A stretch of 64,000 nucleotides of DNA, from contig OZ242311.1 of the NCBI GenBank assembly GCA_965207885.1, positions 416,001 through 480,000 of the forward strand, written 5' to 3'. Source of the stretch: Candidatus Latescibacterota bacterium. GTDB lineage: Bacteria; Latescibacterota; UBA2968. The position numbers were made by a program, and so were the translations under genes. The notes below the pieces were generated by a model. That model was not told where the DNA came from and searched no databases. It saw nothing but the letters and a program-made list of their open reading frames with translations. Below are positions 46,296 through 56,670 of the stretch, piece by piece; positions within the stretch are counted from its first letter, which is position 1; every line of letters starts with the position of its first letter.

Positions 46296-47390
46296 ATGAA
46301 AACAATTTTTTTTGTTCTCTTTGTCATGTTAACGGGCAGTTTGTTTGCCCAACAATCCAATAGAAAGGATTCCAGTATGAAGTATCACATGTACGTCGCT
46401 GTATCTAAAGACAAGAAGCTCTTGCGCTATGATATGGACCCCGATACCGGCGACCTCACGCTTGTTGAAGAACTTCCCGCCAAAGGCGGCATTGGTCCGC
46501 TTTGCACGGATCCGCGACAAAAATATCTCTATGCGGCTTTGCGCCAGTCTAAAGAACTCGTTACCTACAGTATTGATCCCGAAACCGGCGCGCTCGAGCA
46601 TATTGCCACTGCGCCTTTTGATGGTGGCTCTTGTTATATCAGTACGGACAAAACCGGGCGGTATCTTTTTTCTGCGTATTACGGCGAGGGCGCGGTCGCT
46701 ATCAATGCGATTGACAAAGATGGGTCAGTGCTTGCACCACATCGACAGTGGATTCCCACGGATGAACACGCGCATTGTTTTTTTTCCGATCCCTCCAATC
46801 GATACCTGTTTGTACCGCATACGATGCCGGTCAATGCTATTTATCAATTTACCTTTGATGAGACCACAGGTGAGTTGGCGCCTAATGAGGTGGTGAAAGT
46901 CGATGCGGTTTATGGGGAGGGTCCTCGGCATTACGAGTTTCACCCGACTTTAGATGTGGTTTATGTTGCGAATGAAAATGGGTCCAGTGTTACGGTGTAT
47001 GATTTTAACCCGGATAATGGAACGCTTGCGCCCCGCCAAACGCTTTCAACACTGCCAGAGGGGTTTACAGAGCGCAATACCTGCGCCCAAATTCACATTC
47101 ATCCTTCGGGTAATTTTCTGTATATCTCCAATCGCGGGCACAATAGCATCGCGGGCTATGCTGTGCAGGATGATGGTTCTCTCACGTCACTGGGACAAAC
47201 GCCTACGGAACCTATTCCCCGTCCTTTCAATCTCGATCCCGAAGGCAATTTCCTCTTTGCAGCGGGTCAACAGTCAGACAAGATGGCCGGGTATCGGATT
47301 GACACGGAGACGGGCGATCTCACGCCGCTCAAAGTTTATGATGTGGGCGAACAACCGATGTGGATTATGATTCTCAAGCTCGAAAATTAA
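46296..47390 (+). CDS. Lactonase family (6-phosphogluconolactonase-like) beta-propeller
   Basis: HAH, GEGPRH, YVANE, SNRGHNSI, PRPF. Confidence 0.92.
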   Translation: MKTIFFVLFVMLTGSLFAQQSNRKDSSMKYHMYVAVSKDKKLLRYDMDPDTGDLTLVEELPAKGGIGPLCTDPRQKYLYAALRQSKELVTYSIDPETGALEHIATAPFDGGSCYISTDKTGRYLFSAYYGEGAVAINAIDKDGSVLAPHRQWIPTDEHAHCFFSDPSNRYLFVPHTMPVNAIYQFTFDETTGELAPNEVVKVDAVYGEGPRHYEFHPTLDVVYVANENGSSVTVYDFNPDNGTLAPRQTLSTLPEGFTERNTCAQIHIHPSGNFLYISNRGHNSIAGYAVQDDGSLTSLGQTPTEPIPRPFNLDPEGNFLFAAGQQSDKMAGYRIDTETGDLTPLKVYDVGEQPMWIMILKLEN

Positions 47391-47409
47391 AAGGGGGCGC
47401 GAAGCGAGC

Positions 47410-47471
47410 GGGACGGCACAGGGGCGTCCTACGGTGGTGTTATTTGTAGGGGCGACCCCCTGTGGTCGCCC
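47410..47471. repeat. GTAG-family REP doublet
   Basis: gggacggcacaggggcgtcctac and gtaggggcgaccccctgtggtcgccc in inverted orientation. Confidence 0.7.
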
Positions 47472-47484
47472 GGTCGAGGCTGTT

Positions 47485-48867
47485 ATGGAATCGAAATCCT
47501 TCGACAAAATTCTCATTGTTGACGATGACCGCGATGTTCTGGTGGTCGCGCAACTCTTGCTCAAGCAGTATGCCGAACGCGTTGATACCGAGGCGGATCC
47601 CAACCGCATTCCCGGTCTGCTGCAAAATGATACTTATGACGTGATTTTGCTCGATATGAATTTTGAACAGGATGCGACATCGGGCAAAGAGGGGTTTCAC
47701 TGGCTGAGTCGCATTCTGGAGATTGATTCTTCGGCGGTGGTGATTCTCATTACGGCTTATGGCGACGTTGAAACGGCTGTGCAAGCGATCAAAGAGGGTG
47801 CGACAGATTTTGTGCTCAAGCCGTGGCAAAATGAAAAGTTGCTCGCGACCCTTTCTTCTGCTGTGCGGTTGCGGCGGTCGCGGCTCGAAGTCAATCAGTT
47901 GCGCGCCGAACAAGAACAGCTTCGGGCAGATCTCGACGGTCAATTTCCCGATATGGTGGGTACATCGCGGGCCATGAGCGAGGTCTTTGATACGATTCAA
48001 AAAGTGGGGGCTACGGACGCCAATGTGCTCATTTTGGGCGAGAATGGAACCGGGAAAGATGCTGTTGCCCGCGCCCTGCACCGTCGATCTCGGCGTGCGT
48101 CAGAGGCGTTTATCCGCGTTGATCTCGGCGCTGTTTCAGAAAGCCTTTTTGAAAGCGAGCTTTTTGGGCACAAAAAAGGTGCTTTTACAGATGCGAGAGA
48201 AGACCGCGCCGGGCGTTTTGAAATCGCGTCGGGTGGCACGCTTTTTTTGGATGAGATTGGCAATCTCTCATTGCCGCTCCAGGCAAAGCTGCTGACGGCA
48301 CTTGAAAACCGCACGGTTATTCGCCTGGGTACCAACCGACCCATTGATATTGATGTGCGGCTGATCTGCGCGACCAATATGCCGATTCACGATATGGTGG
48401 CCCGCAATGATTTTCGGCAAGATCTTCTGTATCGCATCAATACTGTCGAACTCCATCTGCCGCCTCTGCGCGACCGCCTTGACGATATTCCCCTGCTGGT
48501 TGAGGTGTTTCTCGAGACGTACGGTCAGAAGTACAATAAACCGGGTATTGCCATTCAATCAGCAGCACTTGAGCATCTCAAAAATTACACATGGCCGGGC
48601 AATATCCGCGAATTGCAGCACGCGATTGAGCGGGCTGTGATTATGAACGAAAATGGCATTCTTCAACCGCTGGACTTTCCTCTCAGTGTTTCCGAACCCG
48701 CCGCAGGTGACGATATTCATTTTGACGATTTCAATCTCGAATACGTGGAGAAAACCGTTATTCGCAAAGCGATTGAGAAGCACCGCGGCAATATCAGTCA
48801 CGCAGCGCGTGAACTCGGTCTCACGCGTAGCGCGCTTTACCGCAGGCTCGAAAAGCATGGTTTATAA
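47485..48867 (+). CDS. Sigma54-dependent response regulator (NtrC family)
   Basis: Receiver VDDD/LLDM/KP, GENGTGK, GAFTDA, FLDEIG, WPGNIREL, Fis HTH. Confidence 0.95.
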   Translation: MESKSFDKILIVDDDRDVLVVAQLLLKQYAERVDTEADPNRIPGLLQNDTYDVILLDMNFEQDATSGKEGFHWLSRILEIDSSAVVILITAYGDVETAVQAIKEGATDFVLKPWQNEKLLATLSSAVRLRRSRLEVNQLRAEQEQLRADLDGQFPDMVGTSRAMSEVFDTIQKVGATDANVLILGENGTGKDAVARALHRRSRRASEAFIRVDLGAVSESLFESELFGHKKGAFTDAREDRAGRFEIASGGTLFLDEIGNLSLPLQAKLLTALENRTVIRLGTNRPIDIDVRLICATNMPIHDMVARNDFRQDLLYRINTVELHLPPLRDRLDDIPLLVEVFLETYGQKYNKPGIAIQSAALEHLKNYTWPGNIRELQHAIERAVIMNENGILQPLDFPLSVSEPAAGDDIHFDDFNLEYVEKTVIRKAIEKHRGNISHAARELGLTRSALYRRLEKHGL

Positions 48868-50200
48868 ACACTTTCGCCTGATATGTATTTTGCGCGTGGC
48901 CCTTCTGTGCGTTACCACCTGTCTTTTCTTTTATTGTCTTTTTTTTAGTGAATACTACGCCACGCTTGCTATTATTGGTGCGTGTGTGCTCTATCAGACC
49001 TGGGCACTCATACACTATGTGGAGCGCACGCAGCGCGATCTCACGCGTTTTTTGCAGGCGATTCGCTATGAGGATTTTTCCCAATCTTTTACGGGTGCCG
49101 GGTTGGGGTCGGCGTATAACAATCTCAAGGATGCGTTTAACGAGGTGCTCGAGGCTTTTCGCAAGACGCGCGCAGAGAGAGAAGAGAATTTTCAGTATCT
49201 CCAGACCGTTGTCCAGCATGTGGGCATTGGTCTGATTTGCTATACGCCCGAAGGTCGTATTGAATTGATGAATACGGCGGCGCAACGGCTGCTTCGCAAG
49301 CCCCATATGCGCGATGTGCGCGAATTGGAGGCGGTCAGCAAGGCGTTTTCAGAGGCGCTGCTCAAGCTCCGATCGGGCGATAAAACGCTGGTCAAAATTC
49401 AGGATGAGGACGAACTGCTCCAGATTATCGTCTATGCGACTGAACTGCGGATGCGGGGCGAGTCTTTTATTTTGGCGTCTATTCAAAATATCCAGAGCGA
49501 GCTCGAAGAACAGGAGATGGAGGCGTGGCAAAAGCTGATTCGGGTACTAACTCATGAGATCATGAATTCCATTACGCCCATTTCTTCTCTCACTTCCATC
49601 GTGCGCGATCTTTTGCCCGATTCTGCGCACGCTTCATCGCTTGATCCCGATACGCTACCCGATGTTCACACGGCTCTGGAAACGATTCAGTCGCGCAGCG
49701 AAGGTCTGCTCCATTTTGTCGAGGCTTATCGCCAACTTACACACATATCGCGTCCCGATTTTCAAATTTTTCAGATTTCCGAACTTTTTGCCCGCGTTGT
49801 GTTTCTGATGCAGGGTGAGTGCGATAAGAATAATATTGCTTTGCACACGGGGATTGATCCCAGGACGCTCGAACTTACCGCGGATCCCGATTTCATCGAA
49901 CAGGTGTTGATCAATTTGATGCGGAATGCCGTGCAAGCGCTCGCAGGTCGTTCCAATGCCCGCATGCATCTCTCGGCACAACTCGATGGGCGAGGCCGGG
50001 TTGTTATCCGCGTGCAAGACAATGGGCCAGGTATTTTAGAGGATGTGCAGGAACGGATTTTCATTCCTTTTTTTACTACCAAACGCGATGGGTCGGGTAT
50101 TGGTCTCGCGCTTTCCCGGCAAATTATGCGCGTTCATCGCGGTACGATTAGTGTTCAGTCCAAGCCGGAAGAAGAGACGGCTTTTACTCTGCGGTTTTGA
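48857..50200 (+). CDS. Sensor histidine kinase (PAS + HATPase)
   Basis: LTHEIMNS, QVLINL, DNGPG, FFTTK.GSGIGL; two TM helices. Confidence 0.95.
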   Translation: MVYKHFRLICILRVALLCVTTCLFFYCLFFSEYYATLAIIGACVLYQTWALIHYVERTQRDLTRFLQAIRYEDFSQSFTGAGLGSAYNNLKDAFNEVLEAFRKTRAEREENFQYLQTVVQHVGIGLICYTPEGRIELMNTAAQRLLRKPHMRDVRELEAVSKAFSEALLKLRSGDKTLVKIQDEDELLQIIVYATELRMRGESFILASIQNIQSELEEQEMEAWQKLIRVLTHEIMNSITPISSLTSIVRDLLPDSAHASSLDPDTLPDVHTALETIQSRSEGLLHFVEAYRQLTHISRPDFQIFQISELFARVVFLMQGECDKNNIALHTGIDPRTLELTADPDFIEQVLINLMRNAVQALAGRSNARMHLSAQLDGRGRVVIRVQDNGPGILEDVQERIFIPFFTTKRDGSGIGLALSRQIMRVHRGTISVQSKPEEETAFTLRF

Positions 50201-50213
50201 AGGAAAAATTAAT

Positions 50214-50495
50214 ATGCGTTTTCAAGGGAAAGTTTATAAGGATGGAAATTTTTGGCTTGCGGAAATCCCAATGCTCGACGCTATGACTCAGGGATATACA
50301 AAAAAAGAAGCATATGTTATGGTCAAAGATCTGATAGAAACGCTGGTCAATCGTCCAGAATTTTCAGTCGAAGTTCATCCTGTAAAACACGGTGATCCCG
50401 CATTAAATCATTGCGGGACATGCTTTGAAGTCAGTTCCTCAGATACACGCGCAATGATTAGTCTTATGCTCCGCCGACAGCGCGAAAAGATGTGA
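50214..50495 (+). pseudogene. HicB-like antitoxin, C-terminally truncated, with an in-frame palindromic insertion
   Basis: WLAEIPMLDAMTQG..KEA; ends LRRQREKM* where an HTH would be expected; DPALNHCGTC is encoded by hairpin 50396-50424. Confidence 0.65.
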
Positions 50496-50589
50496 TGTGC
50501 CAGACGCAGTAAGATTTGAGCGATGCACATAAATAAAGAAGCCGATGTCATTTAGACATCGGCTTTGCTGTTTTTCGTTGCAGAATATA

Positions 50590-50832
50590 CTACGATTCAG
50601 CAGAAATAGCTGTGGTGTCGTACACTTTCCTTTTTTCACGCAATGGAAGGAGATCGTTTCCCTCACATGTTATAAGGGCATAGGTGTGGCCATCTTGTGC
50701 TACAAATTCGACTTCATAGCCGTCATCAGGATGACATTCTACGACCGTGCCTATTTCGCCACGTACCAACTTGTGTTCCAGCTTATCGATTGTTAATGCC
50801 ACCACATCCAATAGGCGAATATCATTGGTCAT
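50590..50832 (-). CDS. DUF4926 domain protein
   Basis: LLDVVAL...LVRGEIGTVVE...YEVEF...G.TYAL. Confidence 0.85.
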   Translation of the reverse strand: MTNDIRLLDVVALTIDKLEHKLVRGEIGTVVECHPDDGYEVEFVAQDGHTYALITCEGNDLLPLREKRKVYDTTAISAES

Positions 50833-50854
50833 CTTTCGCTCTTCTTCAAAATTT

Positions 50855-51100
50855 TTATGCCAGTGACGCAATAGCTTCTGGCTCAATTTCAACGCGCAGA
50901 ACATCCAGACCCAGAGACTTCACATCGGCTATTGCTGATCGAATTGCACTATCCATTGTTACCGCTTCTCGATGAAAATGAATTTGAGGAATATCGGCGA
51001 TGGTGGCAAGTGTCCCATCGTCAATAATGCCGTAGAGTTTATCCGCTTCTTCTTCAGTCGGATCGAGTGCGATAATCAGAGTGAATTTTTGAACTTTCAT
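50855..51100 (-). CDS. Small acidic protein, putative antitoxin
   Basis: FHREA...AIRSAIADV pattern; downstream of the HicA-like gene. Confidence 0.65.
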   Translation of the reverse strand: MKVQKFTLIIALDPTEEEADKLYGIIDDGTLATIADIPQIHFHREAVTMDSAIRSAIADVKSLGLDVLRVEIEPEAIASLA

Positions 51101-51114
51101 ATTTAATTTACCCT

Positions 51115-51339
51115 TTAGATATGGGGACAACGATTGACAATACGACGAACATCTCGTGCATGTGCTTCAGGATTCTTTGGGGTTGACATGATGCGAACAC
51201 GACATCCTGTTCGATCGCTATGTGGACACCAAACGGTACCCCAGATGTGGGCACGGGCACTTGCTTTAAGGAGCCGCCATCCTTTGCGTTCTGCGTATCT
51301 TATCGCTTCGCGAATATGTTTATTGGGATGAATGGGCAC
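51115..51339 (-). CDS. HicA-like small basic protein, putative toxin
   Basis: HPNKHIREAIRYAERKGW...AHIWG...STPKNPEAHA. Confidence 0.7.
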   Translation of the reverse strand: MPIHPNKHIREAIRYAERKGWRLLKASARAHIWGTVWCPHSDRTGCRVRIMSTPKNPEAHARDVRRIVNRCPHI

Positions 51340-51502
51340 TCCTTAGCTCACAGATTTATACTTTTTAATTGAATGAAAAATATACCACAATCAATATGGC
51401 GGGTCAATGTGGGACTGCATTTCGTTCTTGTATTCATTCTTTGTGCCGATTATTATGTCAACGCTACTTGAATGATCACCAAAAGCTGTGGGTTTATTTT
51501 TT

Positions 51503-53887
51503 ATGAGAGTTATTCACGCCCAACCGCGCATTGCGCCATTTCCAATTCATAACAAGCGCGTTGATCGCAATCCGCCGCCTTTGCTCTGGCCCGCTGAGAG
51601 GGGTGAGGATGTGCGATATGCGGTTCGTCTGTCTCAAGATTCCGGTTTTCCAGAATGCAGTACTATCGCAGAAGAGGATTTTCCCTGGGCGATGTTCAAT
51701 CCGCATCGAGAACTTGCGTTCGGGGTATGGTATTGGCAATACGGTACGTCGATAGGTGGTGGTCCTTATCGCTGGTCTGATAGATATGATTTTGAGATTA
51801 CTGGTTCGGTTCGGTGCATGGAGACTCTGTCGGCTACTGATGTGATTGCGGCTTGTCCTAAGACGCATCCCCGTCTCTGGGTGTTGCCAGATGACATCGG
51901 TGATCTCAAAGGCCATATCAAGCAGTTCACGTCGCGTGCGGATCAGTTTCTCGATGCGCCGCTGAAAGACGATACTATGCCGCCGGATAAGGGGGAAGAC
52001 GCGTATCAGGTTTTCAAATTTCACAGGTGGGGTAGTAAAGCGCTTGCGGGTAGTATGGCTTCGGCGGTGCAATGGCTTATTCCGGCTTATTTGCTTTCGG
52101 GTGATGAATGCTATGCCCGCGAAGCGATACGCCGCGGGCTTCATGTGGCGAATTGGGATGCGGATGGGTACACCAATCCCGTTATTAGCGATTTTGCCGA
52201 TGGTTCTTGTATGCGGGTTATGGCGGGTGTTTACGATTCTTGCTTTGATCTGCTTACGGAATCCCAGCGCGCGTGCCTGCGTGCGGCAATGGTTGTGCGG
52301 GCAGAGCGTTTTTTCAAGGAGGAGACGAATAAGATTGAGACGCTGGTTTTTCGCAGCCATTTCTGGCAACATTTGCTTATCGAATTTTCCGAAGTTGCTT
52401 TTGCACTTTTGCACGCGTATCCCGATGCGGCACAGTGGGTGCGCTTTGTGTACGAGCTCTGGATTGCCCGCTTTCCCCTTATGGGAGGTGCAGATGGAGG
52501 CTGGGCAAATGGCAATTCTTATTTTGGGACGAATGTCGAGACGCTGCTCGTTCTCCCTTCGCGCATTGGAGAACTCAGCGGTGTCGATCTTTTTCAGGAT
52601 GCATGGTATAAAAATAGTGCCAGTTTTTTGCTTTATACATGGCCGCCCCATTCGCGATCGGATGGATTTGGCGATGGTACGGAACTGAAGGCGCATCCGA
52701 CGAGTAATCATCTCGATTTTGTAGAGGATATGGCTGTTCGGTTTGACGATCCTTATGCAGCGTGGTATGTGCAGCAGTGGCGGGAAGAGGCAGAAGAGGA
52801 GGGTAATCCATTACTCATCTGGCACAAGCTCAAAGATCAAAAGGCAAGACCGCGCCCGCGTTCGCCCAGATCATTGCCGCAGGGCAGGTGTTTTGCCGAT
52901 GTTGGTATTGTGTCGCTGCATACGGATCTCGCAAATACCCGACGAGATCTCATGGTGGGCATGCGGTCCAGTCCCTATGGCTCGCTTCTCCATTCTCACG
53001 AGTGTCAGAATGGGTTCAATATTTTTTATGGGGGGGAGCCTCTTTTCAGGAATTCGGGGTATTACACGTCTGCGGGTGACGATCATTCAAAGCAATGGTA
53101 TAGAGCTACGCGCGGACACAATTCGGTTCTCATAGATGGCAAGGGTCAGCCCCGGGGTGCTGAGAGTTATGGTGTAATTTCCAGGTTTCTCAATGGTGAA
53201 CACATGGCTTACGCGCTCGGGGATGCGTCCCATGCGTATGGGGATGCGGGTCTCGGGCGTTTTCGCCGGCATCTGGTGCTTTTGAGGCCAGATGTTCTGG
53301 TGATTTACGATGATCTGGAAGCCGATCACGACGCTTGCTGGCAATGGCTCGTCCACGGGGACCGGGAAATTACTGCTGATGTTTGTCACCAGCGGTTGTA
53401 CACGCAGACTCGTGTTGCGCGCGGTCAGGTGAATATTTTTGGGTCGCAAAAATTGCATATTGATATCGATACGGTTTTTGATCCGCCCGCGGTCAACTGG
53501 GGGGGTAATAAGACTTTTCTGGGAAAAAATATGGCGGTTTTTCCCGATCAGTGGCACGTTACAGTCTCGCCTGAGAGGGCGTGCAATATTATGCGTTTTC
53601 TCGCTGTTTTTCAGGTGCGTGACCGGGAGGATGACGCGCGGTTTCAAGACCCTGTTCAGAGAGATGGGTGGATTTGTTTGGGCGATTGGATTATTCGGGG
53701 GGAGTTAAATCCCGATCGTGGTCCCGCGCTCGAGATTCGCCATGAGGACAGGGGTATCGCTCTCGGTGTGGATGTCCCATTGCTTGCGGTAGGCGAGAGA
53801 CGGTATCGCGGGTCCGATGCCACGGTGCTTGTTGAACCATCAGGTGTTCAAAGGACGACGGATTCCTTGCCCCAGGCGGCGAGATGA
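51503..53887 (+). CDS. DUF4962 + heparinase II/III-like polysaccharide lyase
   Basis: HPRLW, SHFWQ, DGGWANGNSYF, GFGDG, RSSPYGSLLHSH..QN, HNSVLIDGKGQ. Confidence 0.88.
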   Translation: MRVIHAQPRIAPFPIHNKRVDRNPPPLLWPAERGEDVRYAVRLSQDSGFPECSTIAEEDFPWAMFNPHRELAFGVWYWQYGTSIGGGPYRWSDRYDFEITGSVRCMETLSATDVIAACPKTHPRLWVLPDDIGDLKGHIKQFTSRADQFLDAPLKDDTMPPDKGEDAYQVFKFHRWGSKALAGSMASAVQWLIPAYLLSGDECYAREAIRRGLHVANWDADGYTNPVISDFADGSCMRVMAGVYDSCFDLLTESQRACLRAAMVVRAERFFKEETNKIETLVFRSHFWQHLLIEFSEVAFALLHAYPDAAQWVRFVYELWIARFPLMGGADGGWANGNSYFGTNVETLLVLPSRIGELSGVDLFQDAWYKNSASFLLYTWPPHSRSDGFGDGTELKAHPTSNHLDFVEDMAVRFDDPYAAWYVQQWREEAEEEGNPLLIWHKLKDQKARPRPRSPRSLPQGRCFADVGIVSLHTDLANTRRDLMVGMRSSPYGSLLHSHECQNGFNIFYGGEPLFRNSGYYTSAGDDHSKQWYRATRGHNSVLIDGKGQPRGAESYGVISRFLNGEHMAYALGDASHAYGDAGLGRFRRHLVLLRPDVLVIYDDLEADHDACWQWLVHGDREITADVCHQRLYTQTRVARGQVNIFGSQKLHIDIDTVFDPPAVNWGGNKTFLGKNMAVFPDQWHVTVSPERACNIMRFLAVFQVRDREDDARFQDPVQRDGWICLGDWIIRGELNPDRGPALEIRHEDRGIALGVDVPLLAVGERRYRGSDATVLVEPSGVQRTTDSLPQAAR

Positions 53888-55353
53888 ATCACAGGAGAAA
53901 AATGATGAAGGTGCTGTTCATTGGTTTTTACATGTTGGCTCTGTTTGCCAATAGCTATGGTAGCGGTCCCTATCAGGCTACGGGGATTAAAATTTGCGAG
54001 GTGGATCAGACCAGTGCGATTGTCTGGGCGCGTTTGAGCAAGGATCCCCAGCGGATAGATAAAAGCCATCCCAGGCCCACTGTGCGCTATCGAAATCCCG
54101 AGACGGGCGAATTGGAACGGCGCCAGGGCCGACGCACTATGAAACCCGTTGTTCTGTTTCCCGATGGTTCCGATATCTATACGATTGAGGGGGCGGTTCC
54201 CGGTACGTTGGGGGATGTGCGCGTGCGGTATGCTGTTGAAATGTCCGATGACTGGAAGAGTACGCCTTGGCGTGCTGTGGATCCCAATCGCGATTTTACG
54301 CGGCAGATCAAGCTGACGGATCTAAAGCCGGGTACGCGGTATCAAATCGAGGTGCAGTCTCGCGCTGAGACAGATGGACAAATGGTCTCTGGGCGTTTTC
54401 GCACGGCACCTTCTGTAGATCAATCCGCCCGTGTTGTTTTTCACGTTTCTACTTGTCAGGCTTATGGCGATCAAGACGCACCTGAGGGGGGCTATCGCAT
54501 TTACGCGAGTATATTAAAGCGCGATCCCGATTTTTTTGTGCATGCAGGGGATATTGTCTATTACGACAGCCGGGCAAAGAATCTGTCTCTGGCGCGGTGG
54601 CACTGGGCGCGGATGTACAGCCTGCCTACCAATGTCGCATTTCACCGGGAGGTTGCCAGTTATTTTATTAAAGATGATCACGATACATGGATGAACGATT
54701 GTTGGCCGGGTCAACAGACGGTATTTATGGGTGAATTTACTTTTGAGCAGGGTCTGGCTGTTTTTCGGGAGCAGGTTGGGATGGGTGCTCGCACGTATCG
54801 AACGGTGCGCTGGGGTAAAGATTTGCAGATCTGGATGGTTGAAGGCCGCGATTTTCGGAGTCCAAATACGATGGCAGATGGTCCTGAAAAGACGATCTGG
54901 GGAAAGGAGCAAAAGGCCTGGTTTAAAGATACTGTGCGGGCTTCCGATGCCACGTTCCGCATTCTCATCAGTCCCACGCCAGTGGTTGGTCCTGACCGCT
55001 CGGGGAAGAAGGACAACCACGCCAACAAGGTGTTTTCTCATGAGGGGGATGAATTGCGCCAGTTTATCGCGGGACAAAAGAATATGGTCGTTGTTTGCGG
55101 TGACCGGCACTGGCAATACGTCTCTGTTGATGAGAAAACAGGTGTGCGAGAGTATTCCTGTGGTCCTGCCAGCGATGAACACGCCGGTGGATGGTCTAAT
55201 GATAAGCGGCTGCCCGAGCACCGCTATCTCAATGTTATTGGTGGTTTTCTGGAGGGTGTGGTGGATCGCGAGAACAATATTCCCGTTCTCATTTTCCGCC
55301 ATTTTGGGGTGGATGGCAATTTGCTCAATGAAGACCGCCTCGTGGCTCAATAA
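53884..55353 (+). CDS. PhoD-like metallophosphatase
   Basis: GDIVYYD, DDHD, GRDFRS, GDRH; N-terminal FN3-like domain and signal peptide. Confidence 0.88.
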   Translation: MNHRRKMMKVLFIGFYMLALFANSYGSGPYQATGIKICEVDQTSAIVWARLSKDPQRIDKSHPRPTVRYRNPETGELERRQGRRTMKPVVLFPDGSDIYTIEGAVPGTLGDVRVRYAVEMSDDWKSTPWRAVDPNRDFTRQIKLTDLKPGTRYQIEVQSRAETDGQMVSGRFRTAPSVDQSARVVFHVSTCQAYGDQDAPEGGYRIYASILKRDPDFFVHAGDIVYYDSRAKNLSLARWHWARMYSLPTNVAFHREVASYFIKDDHDTWMNDCWPGQQTVFMGEFTFEQGLAVFREQVGMGARTYRTVRWGKDLQIWMVEGRDFRSPNTMADGPEKTIWGKEQKAWFKDTVRASDATFRILISPTPVVGPDRSGKKDNHANKVFSHEGDELRQFIAGQKNMVVVCGDRHWQYVSVDEKTGVREYSCGPASDEHAGGWSNDKRLPEHRYLNVIGGFLEGVVDRENNIPVLIFRHFGVDGNLLNEDRLVAQ

Positions 55354-55361
55354 TAGTGCTT

Positions 55362-56666
55362 ATGAAACCCAATATTCTCTTTATACACGTCGATCAAATG
55401 CACGCCGATGCGATCTCTGCGCTCGGCTGCGAATACGTACACACACCTGCTATTGACGAGCTCGTGCGCGAAGGCTATACCTTTATCAATGCCTATTGCG
55501 CCATGCCCCAGTGCTGTCCTTCGCGGGCGTGTTGGTACACGGGGCGCATGTCCAAAGAACACGGCGTTGTCGTCAATTCCTATCCTATGGATCCCAATAT
55601 TCCAGACCTGGGCCAGTGGCTGCGCCGCGAAAATTACGAGTGTGTGTACACGGGCAAATGGCACGTCACGGGACGCGATTTGCACGCGAGCTTTGATGTG
55701 TTGCAACCCCAGCACGGCATGGGCGAACTCAACGACGGCAATGTCGCCCGATCAGCCGTTGCCTATCTGAAAAATCGCGCGTCTGATAAACCCTTCTTTT
55801 TGAGCGTTGGATTTCTCAACCCGCACGATTGCTGCTTTCCCGCGATGTCCCACGGCGGCCCGGGCAAATACGGTTTTGCATCGAAAATTGAGGGCGATCT
55901 CCCGCCTCTTCCGGGCAATTTTGACGACGAATACGCCCGGCGCGGTCGGCCCAGTACTCGCCAGTGGTCGCGCCGCGATTGGCAGTATTACATCTATCAG
56001 TATTACCGCATGGTCGAGATGGTTGACGCCGAAGTTGGTCGCGTTATGCACGCCCTTCGCGCATCGCCTTATGCTGACAACACCCTCGTCATCTTTGCCT
56101 CTGACCACGGCGATGGCCTCGGCTTTCACAGCAATACCAGCAAGGGTTTTCTCGAGGAAGAAGCGTTTCGCGTTCCCACCATTGCGTGGTGGCCCGGGCG
56201 TATTCCCGAAGGCGTGCGGGATGCCGAGCACCTCATCTCTGGCGTCGATATTCCCGCTACGATATGCGACTATGCCGGCGCACCGCCCTTGCCCAAGACC
56301 ACTGTTGCGCGTTCATGGCGTCCCATTTTTGAACGGCGCGATGTCCCGTGGCGCACCTATGTCATCGGCGAAACTTCTATTGGTCGGCTATCGGTTGCCG
56401 TGCGCGATGCGCGCTATAAAAGCATTATTGAACGGGATAACACGCGCCTCTACGACCTTCAAAACGATCCGCTCGAAACGCAAGACCTCGCCGATGAAGC
56501 GCACTGTACAGATATTGTCGCGCGCCATCGGGCACATTTTCGCGAGTACATATCCCAAATTGAAATGTATCCCGAACCAGAAGAAATTGATCTCGACAGG
56601 CTGAAGCGCGGCAATGTCTATCGCGACTATATCGACTGGTATCTTTCCGTTCTCAACGAGGCCTGA
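55362..56666 (+). CDS. Sulfatase
   Basis: PNILFIHVDQ, CCPSRA, GKWH, NPHD, SDHGD. Confidence 0.93.
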   Translation: MKPNILFIHVDQMHADAISALGCEYVHTPAIDELVREGYTFINAYCAMPQCCPSRACWYTGRMSKEHGVVVNSYPMDPNIPDLGQWLRRENYECVYTGKWHVTGRDLHASFDVLQPQHGMGELNDGNVARSAVAYLKNRASDKPFFLSVGFLNPHDCCFPAMSHGGPGKYGFASKIEGDLPPLPGNFDDEYARRGRPSTRQWSRRDWQYYIYQYYRMVEMVDAEVGRVMHALRASPYADNTLVIFASDHGDGLGFHSNTSKGFLEEEAFRVPTIAWWPGRIPEGVRDAEHLISGVDIPATICDYAGAPPLPKTTVARSWRPIFERRDVPWRTYVIGETSIGRLSVAVRDARYKSIIERDNTRLYDLQNDPLETQDLADEAHCTDIVARHRAHFREYISQIEMYPEPEEIDLDRLKRGNVYRDYIDWYLSVLNEA

Positions 56667-56670
56667 TCCC

